Below are positions 1-8,406 of a stretch of 28,396 nt of DNA, piece by piece. This stretch comes from a virus (lineage: Duplodnaviria > Caudoviricetes): the IMG/VR virus record IMGVR_UViG_3300049924_000292, positions 1 through 28,396 of that record. One strand, 5' to 3'. The notes under the pieces were generated by a model. That model saw only the letters and a list, made by a program, of their open reading frames with translations, made no database searches and was not told the origin of the DNA. The translations under genes and the position numbers were made by a program. Each line of letters begins with the position of its first letter. Positions within the stretch are counted from its first letter, which is position 1.

Positions 1-465
1 ACTTTTAGCATTAAGTGTATAAATACTTTAATTGGTAAATATCTGGAACACCCATCTATAGATCCTTTTTCTAATAGCAATAAATTAGCAGAAATAACTA
101 ATGATTTAGACCCATCCTTCAATACGACTTACAACATGAACGCTTTAGATTGTTTAAAAATACAACCTAGTAACTTTTTCCAAACAGTTTTATATGATCC
201 TCCTTATTCCCCAAGACAGGTTAGTGAGAGTTATAAGAAATTTGGAATGACAGTAAATATGCAAACCACTCAGAGTTCTTTTTGGGGAGACTTAAAAAAA
301 GAAATTGCTAGGATATTAAAAGTCGGCGGTATTGCTATATCCTTTGGATGGAACAGCAATGGTATTGGAATAACTAAAGGTTTTGAGATCGTGGAAATCT
401 TATTAGTTTCTCATGGTAGACATCATAATGATACTATATGTACAGTAGAAAGAAAAATTAAATAA
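1..465 (+). CDS. Small phage N6-adenine DNA methyltransferase-like protein, 5' end outside the window
   Basis: The frame is open from base 1 (TFSIKCINTLIG...IDPFSNS...TNDLDP) into the 136..465 ORF. It has a SAM-binding-like IDPF motif, a catalytic YDPPY motif and LKVGG. Confidence 0.75.
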   Translation, partial: TFSIKCINTLIGKYLEHPSIDPFSNSNKLAEITNDLDPSFNTTYNMNALDCLKIQPSNFFQTVLYDPPYSPRQVSESYKKFGMTVNMQTTQSSFWGDLKKEIARILKVGGIAISFGWNSNGIGITKGFEIVEILLVSHGRHHNDTICTVERKIK

Positions 466-493
466 TAGGTTTTATTACTGGATATCAAACTTT

Positions 494-769
494 ATGGAAG
501 ACCGACCTAAATACATGAAAGAGTACCAACAAAGAAGAAAAGAAGAGAGATATAACAATGCAAATAATTATATTGCTACGCTTGATGCAAAAGGAGTACA
601 ATATGAAATATGCAATTTTACAACTAAGCACACACTAGTTGTTGGCTATATCGATTTCTGGCCGACAACTGGAACGTGGAGAAACAGAAGGACTAAGCAG
701 TATGGTAAGGGGATTCAATCATTATTATGGGAGATTCTAGGCCATCATGCTGAGTCTGATCAAAACTGA
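494..769 (+). CDS. Hypothetical phage protein
   Basis: 91-aa ORF in operon context with an IDFWPTTGTW motif of the kind seen in small phage proteins. Confidence 0.65.
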   Translation: MEDRPKYMKEYQQRRKEERYNNANNYIATLDAKGVQYEICNFTTKHTLVVGYIDFWPTTGTWRNRRTKQYGKGIQSLLWEILGHHAESDQN

Positions 770-1598
770 GAGTAGCTTACAACTTCCACAGCTAGTGAGA
801 GAAGAGATTTCCTTCGCCAAGAAAAAATTATCCGCTAGTATGGAAGAGGCTGGTTTTAACAATTTCTCCCTACTCGAAACAGGTTCTTTAGTTTGTGGTC
901 ATTATAATGGCCCAAAGCCAAAACATTACTCCCTAAACGATAACTGTCCGTTTCAATCGGTTATAGAATGCGACTTAAGAGTAGTCCTACCGTACAATGT
1001 TGACATCCTGTCAAAGACCTTTAGAGCCTCTATGGAGGACTTCACAGGAATACGTCCTGAGTTTACAGTACAAAAAGAAATTACCAGATTCGGCTCTACT
1101 ATACCGATGATGATGGGATATTTTTATAAACCAATAACTGAAGACTTAGGGCTTGAGTTTGAAGTCTGTTTTAATAAATCACCATACTTTGAAATAGCTG
1201 AAGCTTGGCATAAGGTGTTCTCCCCAGAGGAAATTGAACATCAACGATTAGTAAGAGCCTCCGCAGCTAGGATAAACCTTGATTATAAAACTGAGTTTTT
1301 TGAAATTAAAGCAATTCAGGCAGCAGAATGTCGTTACAGAATTTGTGCAGCGGTTGTTCATAACCATGATTTAATTAATCTTTACAACTATCCAACTCCT
1401 ATAGTCAATTTCCTTACTACCAAAGTTCAGGATAATTTCTTGGAAATTGATAGACCTTTTTTAACATCTAAGATAGATGATAAAATTAAAGAAAAATTTA
1501 AGAGAAGCGGATTGTGGGATGTTGTAGAAGCATGTCCAAGGCTACCAGACTGGTTGTTAAACGTAGAAACAAGAAAGGGAATGAGATGGGCGAGCTAG
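747..1598 (+). CDS. Hypothetical protein, possible Pol-beta-superfamily nucleotidyltransferase fold
   Basis: 283-aa ORF with GGGAG upstream. A predicted helix is followed by FSLLETGS-LVCG, then IECDLRVVL and LEFEVCF. The ORF is solid; the fold call is tentative. Confidence 0.5.
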   Translation: MLSLIKTESSLQLPQLVREEISFAKKKLSASMEEAGFNNFSLLETGSLVCGHYNGPKPKHYSLNDNCPFQSVIECDLRVVLPYNVDILSKTFRASMEDFTGIRPEFTVQKEITRFGSTIPMMMGYFYKPITEDLGLEFEVCFNKSPYFEIAEAWHKVFSPEEIEHQRLVRASAARINLDYKTEFFEIKAIQAAECRYRICAAVVHNHDLINLYNYPTPIVNFLTTKVQDNFLEIDRPFLTSKIDDKIKEKFKRSGLWDVVEACPRLPDWLLNVETRKGMRWAS

Positions 1599-1783
1599 TC
1601 GTTAAGAAGAGAAAAAGCAAGCCTACGACAGCAGAAGCACAACGAGAAAGATCCCTAGCTAAGAGAGTCCTAGATTTTCGTGATGGGTGGGAAGCTTGTA
1701 AGATAGCACAAGAAAATTCAATTGAGGCAGCTTTAAAAACTTTTTATGCTAAAATTGGAAGGGAGTATGATAGAAGAAGATAA
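1586..1783 (+). CDS. Small basic hypothetical protein (65 aa)
   Basis: ATG at 1586 is preceded by AAGGGA and is in frame with the 1514 ORF. It overlaps both neighbouring genes. Confidence 0.6.
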   Translation: MGELVVKKRKSKPTTAEAQRERSLAKRVLDFRDGWEACKIAQENSIEAALKTFYAKIGREYDRRR

Positions 1784-2066
1784 AGAAACCTCGGATGCCG
1801 AAGATAGATGCGGTTCTAAGAAAGTGCATACAGATGAAAAAGATCCGTTCTTCGATGAGTGCGTAAAGCATGACCGTGATTATGTCAATTTAACTGATCC
1901 CGATGATCTGTTTAGAGCTGACTTAAGATTTTTTAAAGGAATATGGAAGAAAGCTTTAAAAAATTGGCTATTAATTCCTAGAGCTTTAATCTATACAGTG
2001 ATAGTTCAGGGAGCAGGAAGGTTTTATTGGAGGCGATCAGATGGTGGAAATTCCCTTAAGGAATAA
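1767..2066 (+). CDS. Phospholipase A2-like / DUF1353-like protein
   Basis: ATG 1767 follows GGGAG. Motifs RCGS, CVKHDRDY, RADLRF and C-terminal YTVIVQGAG match the His-Asp helix pattern of prokaryotic PLA2-like folds. Confidence 0.55.
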   Translation: MIEEDKETSDAEDRCGSKKVHTDEKDPFFDECVKHDRDYVNLTDPDDLFRADLRFFKGIWKKALKNWLLIPRALIYTVIVQGAGRFYWRRSDGGNSLKE

Positions 2067-3042
2067 TAGTACGATATTAAAGATATATGAATCCTATGAA
2101 GAGAGGCAGCGTAAAAGCCCTCCAAGGATACATTTAGGGGCATCAGAAATTGGGCATGAGTGCGAAAGAAAGATTTGGTATTCATACAGATGGGTTGCTG
2201 AACAAGTTTTTAACGGCAGAATGTTAAGACTTTTCGACACTGGAAAACTAGAAGAGAATAGGCTAGTAGCAGATTTAAACGGCATTGATGGTGTTGATGT
2301 TAAGGCTTTCGATCTTAAGACTGGACGACAATTTAGATTAGATTTATTTGGTGGGCATTTTGGAGGTTCCTTAGATGGTTTATGCATAGGAATCCCTGAA
2401 GCTCCTAAAACTTGGCATGTTTTAGAAATGAAGACTCACAACGATAAATCTTTTAAGTCTTTGGTGAGTAAGGGAGTTAAGGAATCCAAGCCAGAACATT
2501 TTATCCAGATGCAAGCATACATGGGAATGAGCCATGAGCAGACAATCCCACTTGTCGGATCTCCTATTGAAAGAGCTTTTTATTTTGCAGTCAATAAAAA
2601 CACTGACGACCTTTACGAAGAAAGAGTGCATTTTGAACCTATTGAATATGAGAAGATTAAGGCTAAGGCAAAAAGAGTTCTCTTTTCTAATAAGCCACTA
2701 CCAAAAATTTCCTCTGATGAAGATTTTTATGTCTGCAAAATGTGTCATTTTAAAGAGATATGCCACTCTAAAGAAATTAAAATATCCTCTAAGAGAAATT
2801 GCAGAACGTGTTTACACAGCACTGCTTACGATGATGGAACTTGGAGATGTGAGAAATTTAATAAAGTTTTAGGGATTACAGAACAGAGAGAAGGGTGCAT
2901 GAACCATCTGTATATTCCAGGACTTGTACCGTTGCGCCAGACAGATGTTTTAGAGAACGATAAGGGAGTCATCTACGAATCAGAGGAACTTGATACTTAC
3001 ATAAACTACGAAGGTGGAGAATTAAGAGCCTATAATAAATAG
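2041..3042 (+). CDS. Cas4-like PD-(D/E)XK exonuclease with extra C-terminal Cys/His domain
   Basis: LGASEIGHEC-RK-WY at the N-terminus, GSLDG and LEMKT catalytic motifs, QMQAYM, CKMC-x5-C Fe-S-type cysteines, then CRTC...C...C..H. Confidence 0.85.
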   Translation: MVEIPLRNNSTILKIYESYEERQRKSPPRIHLGASEIGHECERKIWYSYRWVAEQVFNGRMLRLFDTGKLEENRLVADLNGIDGVDVKAFDLKTGRQFRLDLFGGHFGGSLDGLCIGIPEAPKTWHVLEMKTHNDKSFKSLVSKGVKESKPEHFIQMQAYMGMSHEQTIPLVGSPIERAFYFAVNKNTDDLYEERVHFEPIEYEKIKAKAKRVLFSNKPLPKISSDEDFYVCKMCHFKEICHSKEIKISSKRNCRTCLHSTAYDDGTWRCEKFNKVLGITEQREGCMNHLYIPGLVPLRQTDVLENDKGVIYESEELDTYINYEGGELRAYNK

Positions 3043-3070
3043 TTGACAAATTCTATCCTTATGATAATGT
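3043..3070 (+). promoter_or_regulatory. Putative sigma70-type promoter
   Basis: TTGACA (3043-3048), a 16-nt spacer and an extended TG-n-TAATGT, upstream of the AAAGGAG RBS of the 3099 gene. Confidence 0.5.
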
Positions 3071-3098
3071 GGTTAAAACATTTATAAAGGAGAATATC

Positions 3099-3353
3099 AT
3101 GTACCCAATAATTGACTACGAAATAACGCTTCAGGATGTTTTGCATTTGTACTATCACAAGCATAACCCTACATCATGCTTTTCTGATTATTTATTTACT
3201 TTAATTGCAAAAGCAGACCCTATGAATCTACACAGGATAGCAAAAGGCTTTCCTGAATATGTTGCTGTTTATGTTGCATGGGCATCTGCTGAATCTGAAG
3301 AAGCTTTCTTCAAACAGTGGGGATTAGATGTTTATGAATTATCCAACGATTAA
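3099..3353 (+). CDS. Hypothetical phage protein (84 aa)
   Basis: AAAGGAG RBS before ATG 3099. The LIAKADPMNLHRIAKGFPE motif resembles a small phage protein family. Confidence 0.7.
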   Translation: MYPIIDYEITLQDVLHLYYHKHNPTSCFSDYLFTLIAKADPMNLHRIAKGFPEYVAVYVAWASAESEEAFFKQWGLDVYELSND

Positions 3354-3355
3354 TC

Positions 3356-5074
3356 ATGAAACTAGAATTAAGAGAGTATCAGAAGCAAGCTATTGCAAGT
3401 ATCTATAATTATTATTCAACTGGTAATGATGGTAATATTGTAATTGTTATTCCGACGGCAGGAGGGAAGAGTCTCGTTATCGCCAAGTTTATTGAAGAAG
3501 TTTTAACACAGTGGCCGAATCAGAGATTCTTAATCCTATCTCATGTTAAGGAACTTTTAATGCAGAATTACCAAGAGCTGATTGGCTTATATCCATCTGC
3601 GCCTGTGGGGATGTACAGTGCAGGATTAAAGATTAGACAAGTTGGTAAGCCAATTACCATTGCAGGAGTACAGAGCGTTTATAAGAAAGCTGCACAATTA
3701 GGGTGGCAAGATATTATTATAATCGATGAGTGTCATCTCTGTGGGAATAACGATGAAAGTATGTACAGAAGCCTGATTGCAGATCTTCAAAAGATTAATA
3801 AGCATGTAAAAATAATCGGATTCTCCGCTACTCCTTACAGATTAAAGACAGGGTTACTAACTTCCCCAGGTGGACTCTTTGATGAGTTCGCCTACGAGGT
3901 ATCTGTAGCTGATTTAGTCTCACAAGGATTCTTAAGCCCTGTAATATCGAAAGCTCCAAAGACACAAGCAGATCTATCATCTGTAGCTATCAGGGGTGGA
4001 GAGTACGTTGCAGCAGAGATGGAGAAGGTTCTCGACAATGACGATTTAACTTTGGCAGCTATTAGAGAAATCGAAACTTATATGAGCGATAGACGCTCCA
4101 TAATGGTATTTTGTTCAGGTGTGGTACATGCAGAGCATGTAAAGGATAAATTAATAGAAAGAGGCTTTACAGCAGAGGTTGTTACTGGAGAAACAGAAGA
4201 CATGTTTAGGGCGCAAACGGTGTCTCGATTTAAATCAGGAGAGGTACGCTTCTTAGTCAACGTAAACGTATTCACAACAGGGTTTAATGCTAGAAACGTG
4301 GACGGTATCGTTTTATTGAGAGGAACGAAGTCTCATAGTCTATACGTTCAGGCTGTTGGCAGAGGTATGAGACTATCGCCTGAAACAGGAAAGACTAATT
4401 GTATGGTCTTGGATTTCTGCGGAAATATAGAAAGATTAGGGCCAATCGATAAGATTACAATCAAACAAAAAGGTGGGAAGGAGAAGAAGGTTGGCGAAGT
4501 AACTTCTGCTCCAGTAAAAATCTGTGAGAAGTGTCAATCAGTTTGTTTAATATCGTTTAAAGAGTGTCCTGATTGCGGTAATCCGTTCCCTATAGAAGCC
4601 CCTGTCCATGACATAAAAGCGTCAACAAAGCCCATTATGCAAGGATATGAGCCACCAGAGAGGCATATGGTTACCAAAGTGCATTATGCTAAACACCACA
4701 AGAAAGGCGATGCTGTAGCACCACCAACGCTTAAGGTTTCATACGAGATTGGGCTAGGCGGTAATCTTATGACTAAATTAATCCATGAGTGGGTTTGTTT
4801 TGAACATGTGGGTTACGCTAGAGGGCAAGCTATAAAATGGTGGGTTACAGCACACAAGGATTATAAAACACCGTCAAGTATAGTAGTTCCATCTAGTGTT
4901 GACGAAGCCATAGAAAGAGCAAATGAGTTAAGGCCAACAACAGAAGTATCTATACAGAAAGATGGCAAATTCGATAGAGTAGTATCTAGGGTATATGGAG
5001 AGTACTCACAGGCAGTAGTAAAGACTGATGAGATACAGCAAATTGATTTTTGGGAAGATGAGGTTCCATTTTGA
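3356..5074 (+). CDS. SF2 DExH helicase (RadD/YejH-like) with zinc finger
   Basis: LREYQ Q-motif, PTAGGKS Walker A, IIIDECH, SAT, FTTGFN, QAVGRGMR and CEKC...CPDC. It ends with an acidic EDEVPF tail. Confidence 0.92.
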   Translation: MKLELREYQKQAIASIYNYYSTGNDGNIVIVIPTAGGKSLVIAKFIEEVLTQWPNQRFLILSHVKELLMQNYQELIGLYPSAPVGMYSAGLKIRQVGKPITIAGVQSVYKKAAQLGWQDIIIIDECHLCGNNDESMYRSLIADLQKINKHVKIIGFSATPYRLKTGLLTSPGGLFDEFAYEVSVADLVSQGFLSPVISKAPKTQADLSSVAIRGGEYVAAEMEKVLDNDDLTLAAIREIETYMSDRRSIMVFCSGVVHAEHVKDKLIERGFTAEVVTGETEDMFRAQTVSRFKSGEVRFLVNVNVFTTGFNARNVDGIVLLRGTKSHSLYVQAVGRGMRLSPETGKTNCMVLDFCGNIERLGPIDKITIKQKGGKEKKVGEVTSAPVKICEKCQSVCLISFKECPDCGNPFPIEAPVHDIKASTKPIMQGYEPPERHMVTKVHYAKHHKKGDAVAPPTLKVSYEIGLGGNLMTKLIHEWVCFEHVGYARGQAIKWWVTAHKDYKTPSSIVVPSSVDEAIERANELRPTTEVSIQKDGKFDRVVSRVYGEYSQAVVKTDEIQQIDFWEDEVPF

Positions 5075-5301
5075 AATGTCCAGAGTGCGATAAAGAAGGG
5101 AAGAAGTCTATCGTTAGATCTATGAAGGTTGAAAACCTTATCAAAGATCGTCCAGATGTATTTTACGATGAAGACGGTAGATATCATTATCACGATATGA
5201 CAACGACTCGATGCCATTACGAGTGCAGTAATAAGCATCAATTTTATAAGGACTCAGAGCATGGTTGTCCTGAGTGCGGTTTTGCATTTAAACAAAAATG
5301 A
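5071..5301 (+). CDS. Small Cys-rich (zinc-ribbon) protein
   Basis: CPEC...CHYECSNKH...CPECG; TTG start overlaps the helicase stop. Confidence 0.65.
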   Translation: MKCPECDKEGKKSIVRSMKVENLIKDRPDVFYDEDGRYHYHDMTTTRCHYECSNKHQFYKDSEHGCPECGFAFKQK

Positions 5302-5555
5302 AATTAAGAATCCTCTGCGAATATTGTAAAACAGAATATACACGAGGAAATGATGGCGGTTATCACATTGGTTTTACAATTACTACATCAACAGGGTTAA
5401 GGGTTAAAGATCAGACCCCAGAGTGGAACGAGGCAACGCTAGATAGATTTCAAGCTAAAAGGTTAGCTAATTTATTTAAAAAAAATGCGCCAGATAGGTT
5501 CTGTGAAATAAATTATTTTGAAGTTAAAGATCCGAGTAGTAAAGTTTATATTTGA
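5298..5555 (+). CDS. Hypothetical protein with N-terminal CxxC
   Basis: ATGA overlap with the previous gene; CEYC motif. Confidence 0.6.
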   Translation: MKLRILCEYCKTEYTRGNDGGYHIGFTITTSTGLRVKDQTPEWNEATLDRFQAKRLANLFKKNAPDRFCEINYFEVKDPSSKVYI

Positions 5556-5564
5556 GAGGTTGAA

Positions 5565-5792
5565 ATGGAATTAAAAGAGAAAGGATTTGAGTTTTATAGC
5601 TGTAAAGATTGTAGATGTTTTTTCAGGGAACAAGATTCAGATGAGGGGATTTGTGTTTTAAACCCTCCGCAAACAGTAGTTTTAAGGGATACGGTAACTC
5701 TAAGAGACGAGATATATAGCGTATACCCTAATGTTGATAAGGAGAAGTCAAAATGCGCTCGAATGATGCTGAAGGACGGCTTAAAGAAGTAG
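5565..5792 (+). CDS. Small Cys-rich phage protein
   Basis: GAGG RBS; CKDCRCF...GICVLNPP...YPNV...C pattern. Confidence 0.65.
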   Translation: MELKEKGFEFYSCKDCRCFFREQDSDEGICVLNPPQTVVLRDTVTLRDEIYSVYPNVDKEKSKCARMMLKDGLKK

Positions 5793-6031
5793 ATGTAGAA
5801 GAGAGATTATTCTCCTGTCCGTGTTGTAATTCCGAATCAATATATTTGATATATCCAGTGTCAACGCCTAGCCCTTTTTTGGTTGAGTGTTCTGATTGCC
5901 AAAATATTTATTGGTGGAGCAGGAGTTTGGAGAAGCTGTTTGATAATATTTCTAAACAAGAGACATCGCCTAACGCCTTTATTTTATTAGGCAAATCAAA
6001 AATGCATCAATTAAACAATGTTTCTGATTAA
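5753..6031 (+). CDS. Zinc-ribbon protein, Lar-like pattern
   Basis: AAGGAG RBS; CPCC...VECSDC. Similarity to Lar rests on the Cys pattern only. Confidence 0.55.
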   Translation: MRSNDAEGRLKEVDVEERLFSCPCCNSESIYLIYPVSTPSPFLVECSDCQNIYWWSRSLEKLFDNISKQETSPNAFILLGKSKMHQLNNVSD

Positions 6032-6040
6032 AGATTTTCC

Positions 6041-6085
6041 TTGAAGATATAAAAAATAGATGATATTAATTAGTTTAATTAATAT
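6041..6085 (+). promoter_or_regulatory. Putative promoter overlapped by an inverted repeat
   Basis: TTGAAG, 17 nt, then TATTAA with TG-n extension. Inverted repeat ATATTAATTA-GTT-TAATTAATAT at 6063-6085 in an AT-rich intergenic gap. Confidence 0.35.
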
Positions 6086-6105
6086 ACTTTTTATATAAAG
6101 GAAAT

Positions 6106-6303
6106 ATGAACATGGAAAATGAAGAGATACTAAAGAATCTTTTTCGCCTCGCATGGCGATTAGGGGAAGCTGAGACAGCAAGAAGAATTCGTAATCGAGA
6201 ATTAGATACCACAAGTCCTAATTCAGAGATCGATTACGAGTTTTCGTTTGCTACTAAAACCTTATTGGAAAATAGGGTTAAGGTTTTAATTGTTAATAAT
6301 TAA
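6106..6303 (+). CDS. Hypothetical protein (65 aa)
   Basis: AAAGGA RBS directly before ATG; first gene after the intergenic gap. Confidence 0.6.
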   Translation: MNMENEEILKNLFRLAWRLGEAETARRIRNRELDTTSPNSEIDYEFSFATKTLLENRVKVLIVNN

Positions 6304-6313
6304 GAGGTTATAT

Positions 6314-6613
6314 ATGAATGAGACTAGAATATTGATGTTAGCAGCAGGATTAACCGCTATAATACTTCAGGCTGGATGTTCTGGCTTGGGGCTTCATGGA
6401 GGGTATGATAGAGTTACCTATGAAACCGATAAAGGGATAAGGGCGCAAGCCGACTTTATCAATGGATTAATCAGAACAGCTAAGGAGAGTGCTAAAGACG
6501 ATTCTAAGTTCTTTGGCTTCAGAGAAAAACAAGAGGCTGAAACAACTACTAGAGAATTAAAACCATCATTCTTGGATGGTTTATTCGCACCAACAAAGGA
6601 GGGCGAAAAATGA
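6314..6613 (+). CDS. Putative lipoprotein
   Basis: GAGG RBS and ATG 6314; hydrophobic signal ending in lipobox-like LQAG-C. Confidence 0.7.
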   Translation: MNETRILMLAAGLTAIILQAGCSGLGLHGGYDRVTYETDKGIRAQADFINGLIRTAKESAKDDSKFFGFREKQEAETTTRELKPSFLDGLFAPTKEGEK

Positions 6614-6690
6614 CGGATTATTTATTTAAAGGAACTTCCTTTATTGGCACTCTTTGGCTAGCTAGTCAAATTTGGAAGTTTTTTATTTAA
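6610..6690 (+). CDS. Small hydrophobic peptide (26 aa, MTDYLFKGTSFIGTLWLASQIWKFFI), absent from the ORF track
   Basis: ATGA overlap with the lipoprotein stop and AAGGAGG upstream; it ends just before a terminator hairpin. Confidence 0.5.
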   Translation: MTDYLFKGTSFIGTLWLASQIWKFFI

Positions 6691-6693
6691 CTT

Positions 6694-6725
6694 TTTAGGG
6701 GCAGATGTTTTGCCCCTAAATTTTT
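6694..6725 (+). terminator. Rho-independent terminator
   Basis: TTTAGGGGCA-GATGTTT-TGCCCCTAAA followed by TTTTT. Confidence 0.65.
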
Positions 6726-6738
6726 CAAGGAGAAAATT

Positions 6739-7299
6739 ATGACTGAAAAAAAACCAAAGAAAAAAACTATCGCTAAAAAAATACTAATAGGACTATGTTC
6801 TATAGCATTTTTGGTTGCGTTTCACTTTGGAGCCTTAAGATATGTAACTTTTTACCAACAGACAGAAGCTCGATTGATGAAGAAGTTTGTAGGCTCTAAA
6901 GCTGAAGAGGTTTATAGAGTAATCAAGGATGAAAACACTCTGGATTCTTTAATCCATACAACAGCATTAAAGAACGATATCCCTACAGAACTTTGGAAGG
7001 CTTTGATCTCTATTGAGTCAGGTGGGAACCCTGGAGCTAAGAGCCATAAGGGATGCATCGGGTTGGCGCAGATCAATCCGACTAATTTAAAACGATGTAA
7101 CCTATCTAGTGTTACGCAGTTATACAATCCAAAATTAAATCTCGCTTGTGGAGCGCAGATTTTAACCGAAGAATATAAGAAGTATAAATCATGGGCGAAG
7201 GCTTTAGCAGTTTATAACTGCGGTAAGGTATCTTGCTCTCCAGGAAAATTATATGCTTTTGACGTTTTGGTATTGAGCGAGAAGTACAAACAAGGCTAG
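6739..7299 (+). CDS. Lytic transglycosylase (SLT domain) with N-terminal membrane anchor
   Basis: ALISIESGGNPGAKS.KGCIGLAQI contains the catalytic Glu and a GLMQ-like motif; ALAVYNCG follows. Lys-rich N-terminus plus a transmembrane helix. Confidence 0.88.
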   Translation: MTEKKPKKKTIAKKILIGLCSIAFLVAFHFGALRYVTFYQQTEARLMKKFVGSKAEEVYRVIKDENTLDSLIHTTALKNDIPTELWKALISIESGGNPGAKSHKGCIGLAQINPTNLKRCNLSSVTQLYNPKLNLACGAQILTEEYKKYKSWAKALAVYNCGKVSCSPGKLYAFDVLVLSEKYKQG

Positions 7300-7310
7300 A
7301 TTGAAAAATC

Positions 7311-7349
7311 GTTGGTTGGAAACATCCCAACCAACTAACTTCTCTTTTT
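7311..7349 (+). terminator. Hairpin, possible weak terminator
   Basis: GTTGGTTGG-AAACATC-CCAACCAAC followed by a pyrimidine-rich tract, just after the SLT gene. Confidence 0.4.
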
Positions 7350-7415
7350 GGAGGCAGTCAAAAATAGAAGCTAGTTTCATTTTCAAGTAAAAAAAAATAT
7401 TGGCAAAGGGGGCAG

Positions 7416-8273
7416 ATGAAATCAATTGTTAAGTGGGCAGGGGGCAAGACATGGCTATTACCGATTTTTAAGAAACTATACGATGGAGAGGTCTTTATAG
7501 AGCCTTTATGCGGAGGGGCTAGTATAAGCCTAGGACTAGAACCTAAAAAGGCAATATTAAGTGATACGGCCTTCCCTTTGATAGCCCTATACCGAGCCAT
7601 TCAACAAGGTTTTGGGATAAAACCTAGCACTAGAAATACGCAAGAGCATTTCCTAAAAACAAGATCCCTGATGAACGAGATCTTAAGACAGCAATTGTTT
7701 CCATTGTTCGATCAAAGGGAGAGATTCTTTACCGACCCACTATTATGTAGCACCCTTGCCAGTATGTTTTATTATCTAAACAGGACATGCTTCAACGGAT
7801 TATACAGAACAAATAAGAAAGGAGAGTTCAACGTACCCTTTGGAAAGTATGTCTCTGTTAAATTTATAGAGGACTTTTCAAAATATAAAGAGCTTTTCAA
7901 AAACTGGGAATTTAATAATTGTGACTATACACTAACACCCTACAGAGAAAATGCGTTTATCTACTTTGATCCACCTTACTTTGACTCCTACACTGGCTAC
8001 TCATCCGAAGAGTGGGGCAAAGATGATCATATTAGGTTATGCTGTTACGCACATTCTATGAGTGCTAAGAATAAGGTTATTATATCCAACTCAGATACTC
8101 CCTTCATTCGTCAGCTCTACAAGAAAATGCACTTCAAAATTGCCTCTGTAGCAGTAAGTCAAACTATTGCAGCAAAGTCAGAAGACAGGACAGAGCGACG
8201 AGAGCTGTTAGCATTCAAGGGTTTCAAAAAGAAAACCGTTGACGAAGTACAGGCTTTGCTCTACTCTATTTAA
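7416..8273 (+). CDS. dam: Dam-family (D12 class) DNA adenine methyltransferase
   Basis: KWAGGK, FIEPLCGGAS, YLNRTCFNGLYR.N.KG.FNVPFG, YFDPPY and ISNSD motifs. Confidence 0.92.
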   Translation: MKSIVKWAGGKTWLLPIFKKLYDGEVFIEPLCGGASISLGLEPKKAILSDTAFPLIALYRAIQQGFGIKPSTRNTQEHFLKTRSLMNEILRQQLFPLFDQRERFFTDPLLCSTLASMFYYLNRTCFNGLYRTNKKGEFNVPFGKYVSVKFIEDFSKYKELFKNWEFNNCDYTLTPYRENAFIYFDPPYFDSYTGYSSEEWGKDDHIRLCCYAHSMSAKNKVIISNSDTPFIRQLYKKMHFKIASVAVSQTIAAKSEDRTERRELLAFKGFKKKTVDEVQALLYSI

Positions 8274-8297
8274 TTGATTCATTTTGAATCAATTAAA
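8269..8297. repeat. Perfect 13-bp inverted repeat
   Basis: TTTAATTGATTCA-TTT-TGAATCAATTAAA, overlapping the dam stop codon. Confidence 0.75.
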
Positions 8298-8319
8298 AAC
8301 TTTAGATAATGAGGCAGAA

Positions 8320-8406
8320 ATGAAAAAGAAAGCTGTAACAACTAAGAAATCAACAAAGAAACTAACTAATACTAAAGCAAAAGTAGCTAAGAGTAAAAGA
8401 AAGTAG
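8320..8406 (+). CDS. Lys-rich 28-aa peptide (MKKKAVTTKKSTKKLTNTKAKVAKSKRK), absent from the ORF track
   Basis: GAGG at 8311-8314 and ATG 8320; 13 of 28 residues are basic and none is acidic. Confidence 0.5.
   Translation: MKKKAVTTKKSTKKLTNTKAKVAKSKRK

Noticed and set aside
2041-3042. Cas4-like gene as evidence of a CRISPR-Cas system
   Set aside because: No repeat-spacer array or other cas gene is visible. Solo Cas4-like nucleases beside helicases are common phage recombination genes.
2094-5241. Antisense or alternate-frame ORFs within the nuclease and helicase genes (2094, 2422, 2534, 4078, 4861)
   Set aside because: They overlap well-supported genes entirely or almost entirely and show no motifs.
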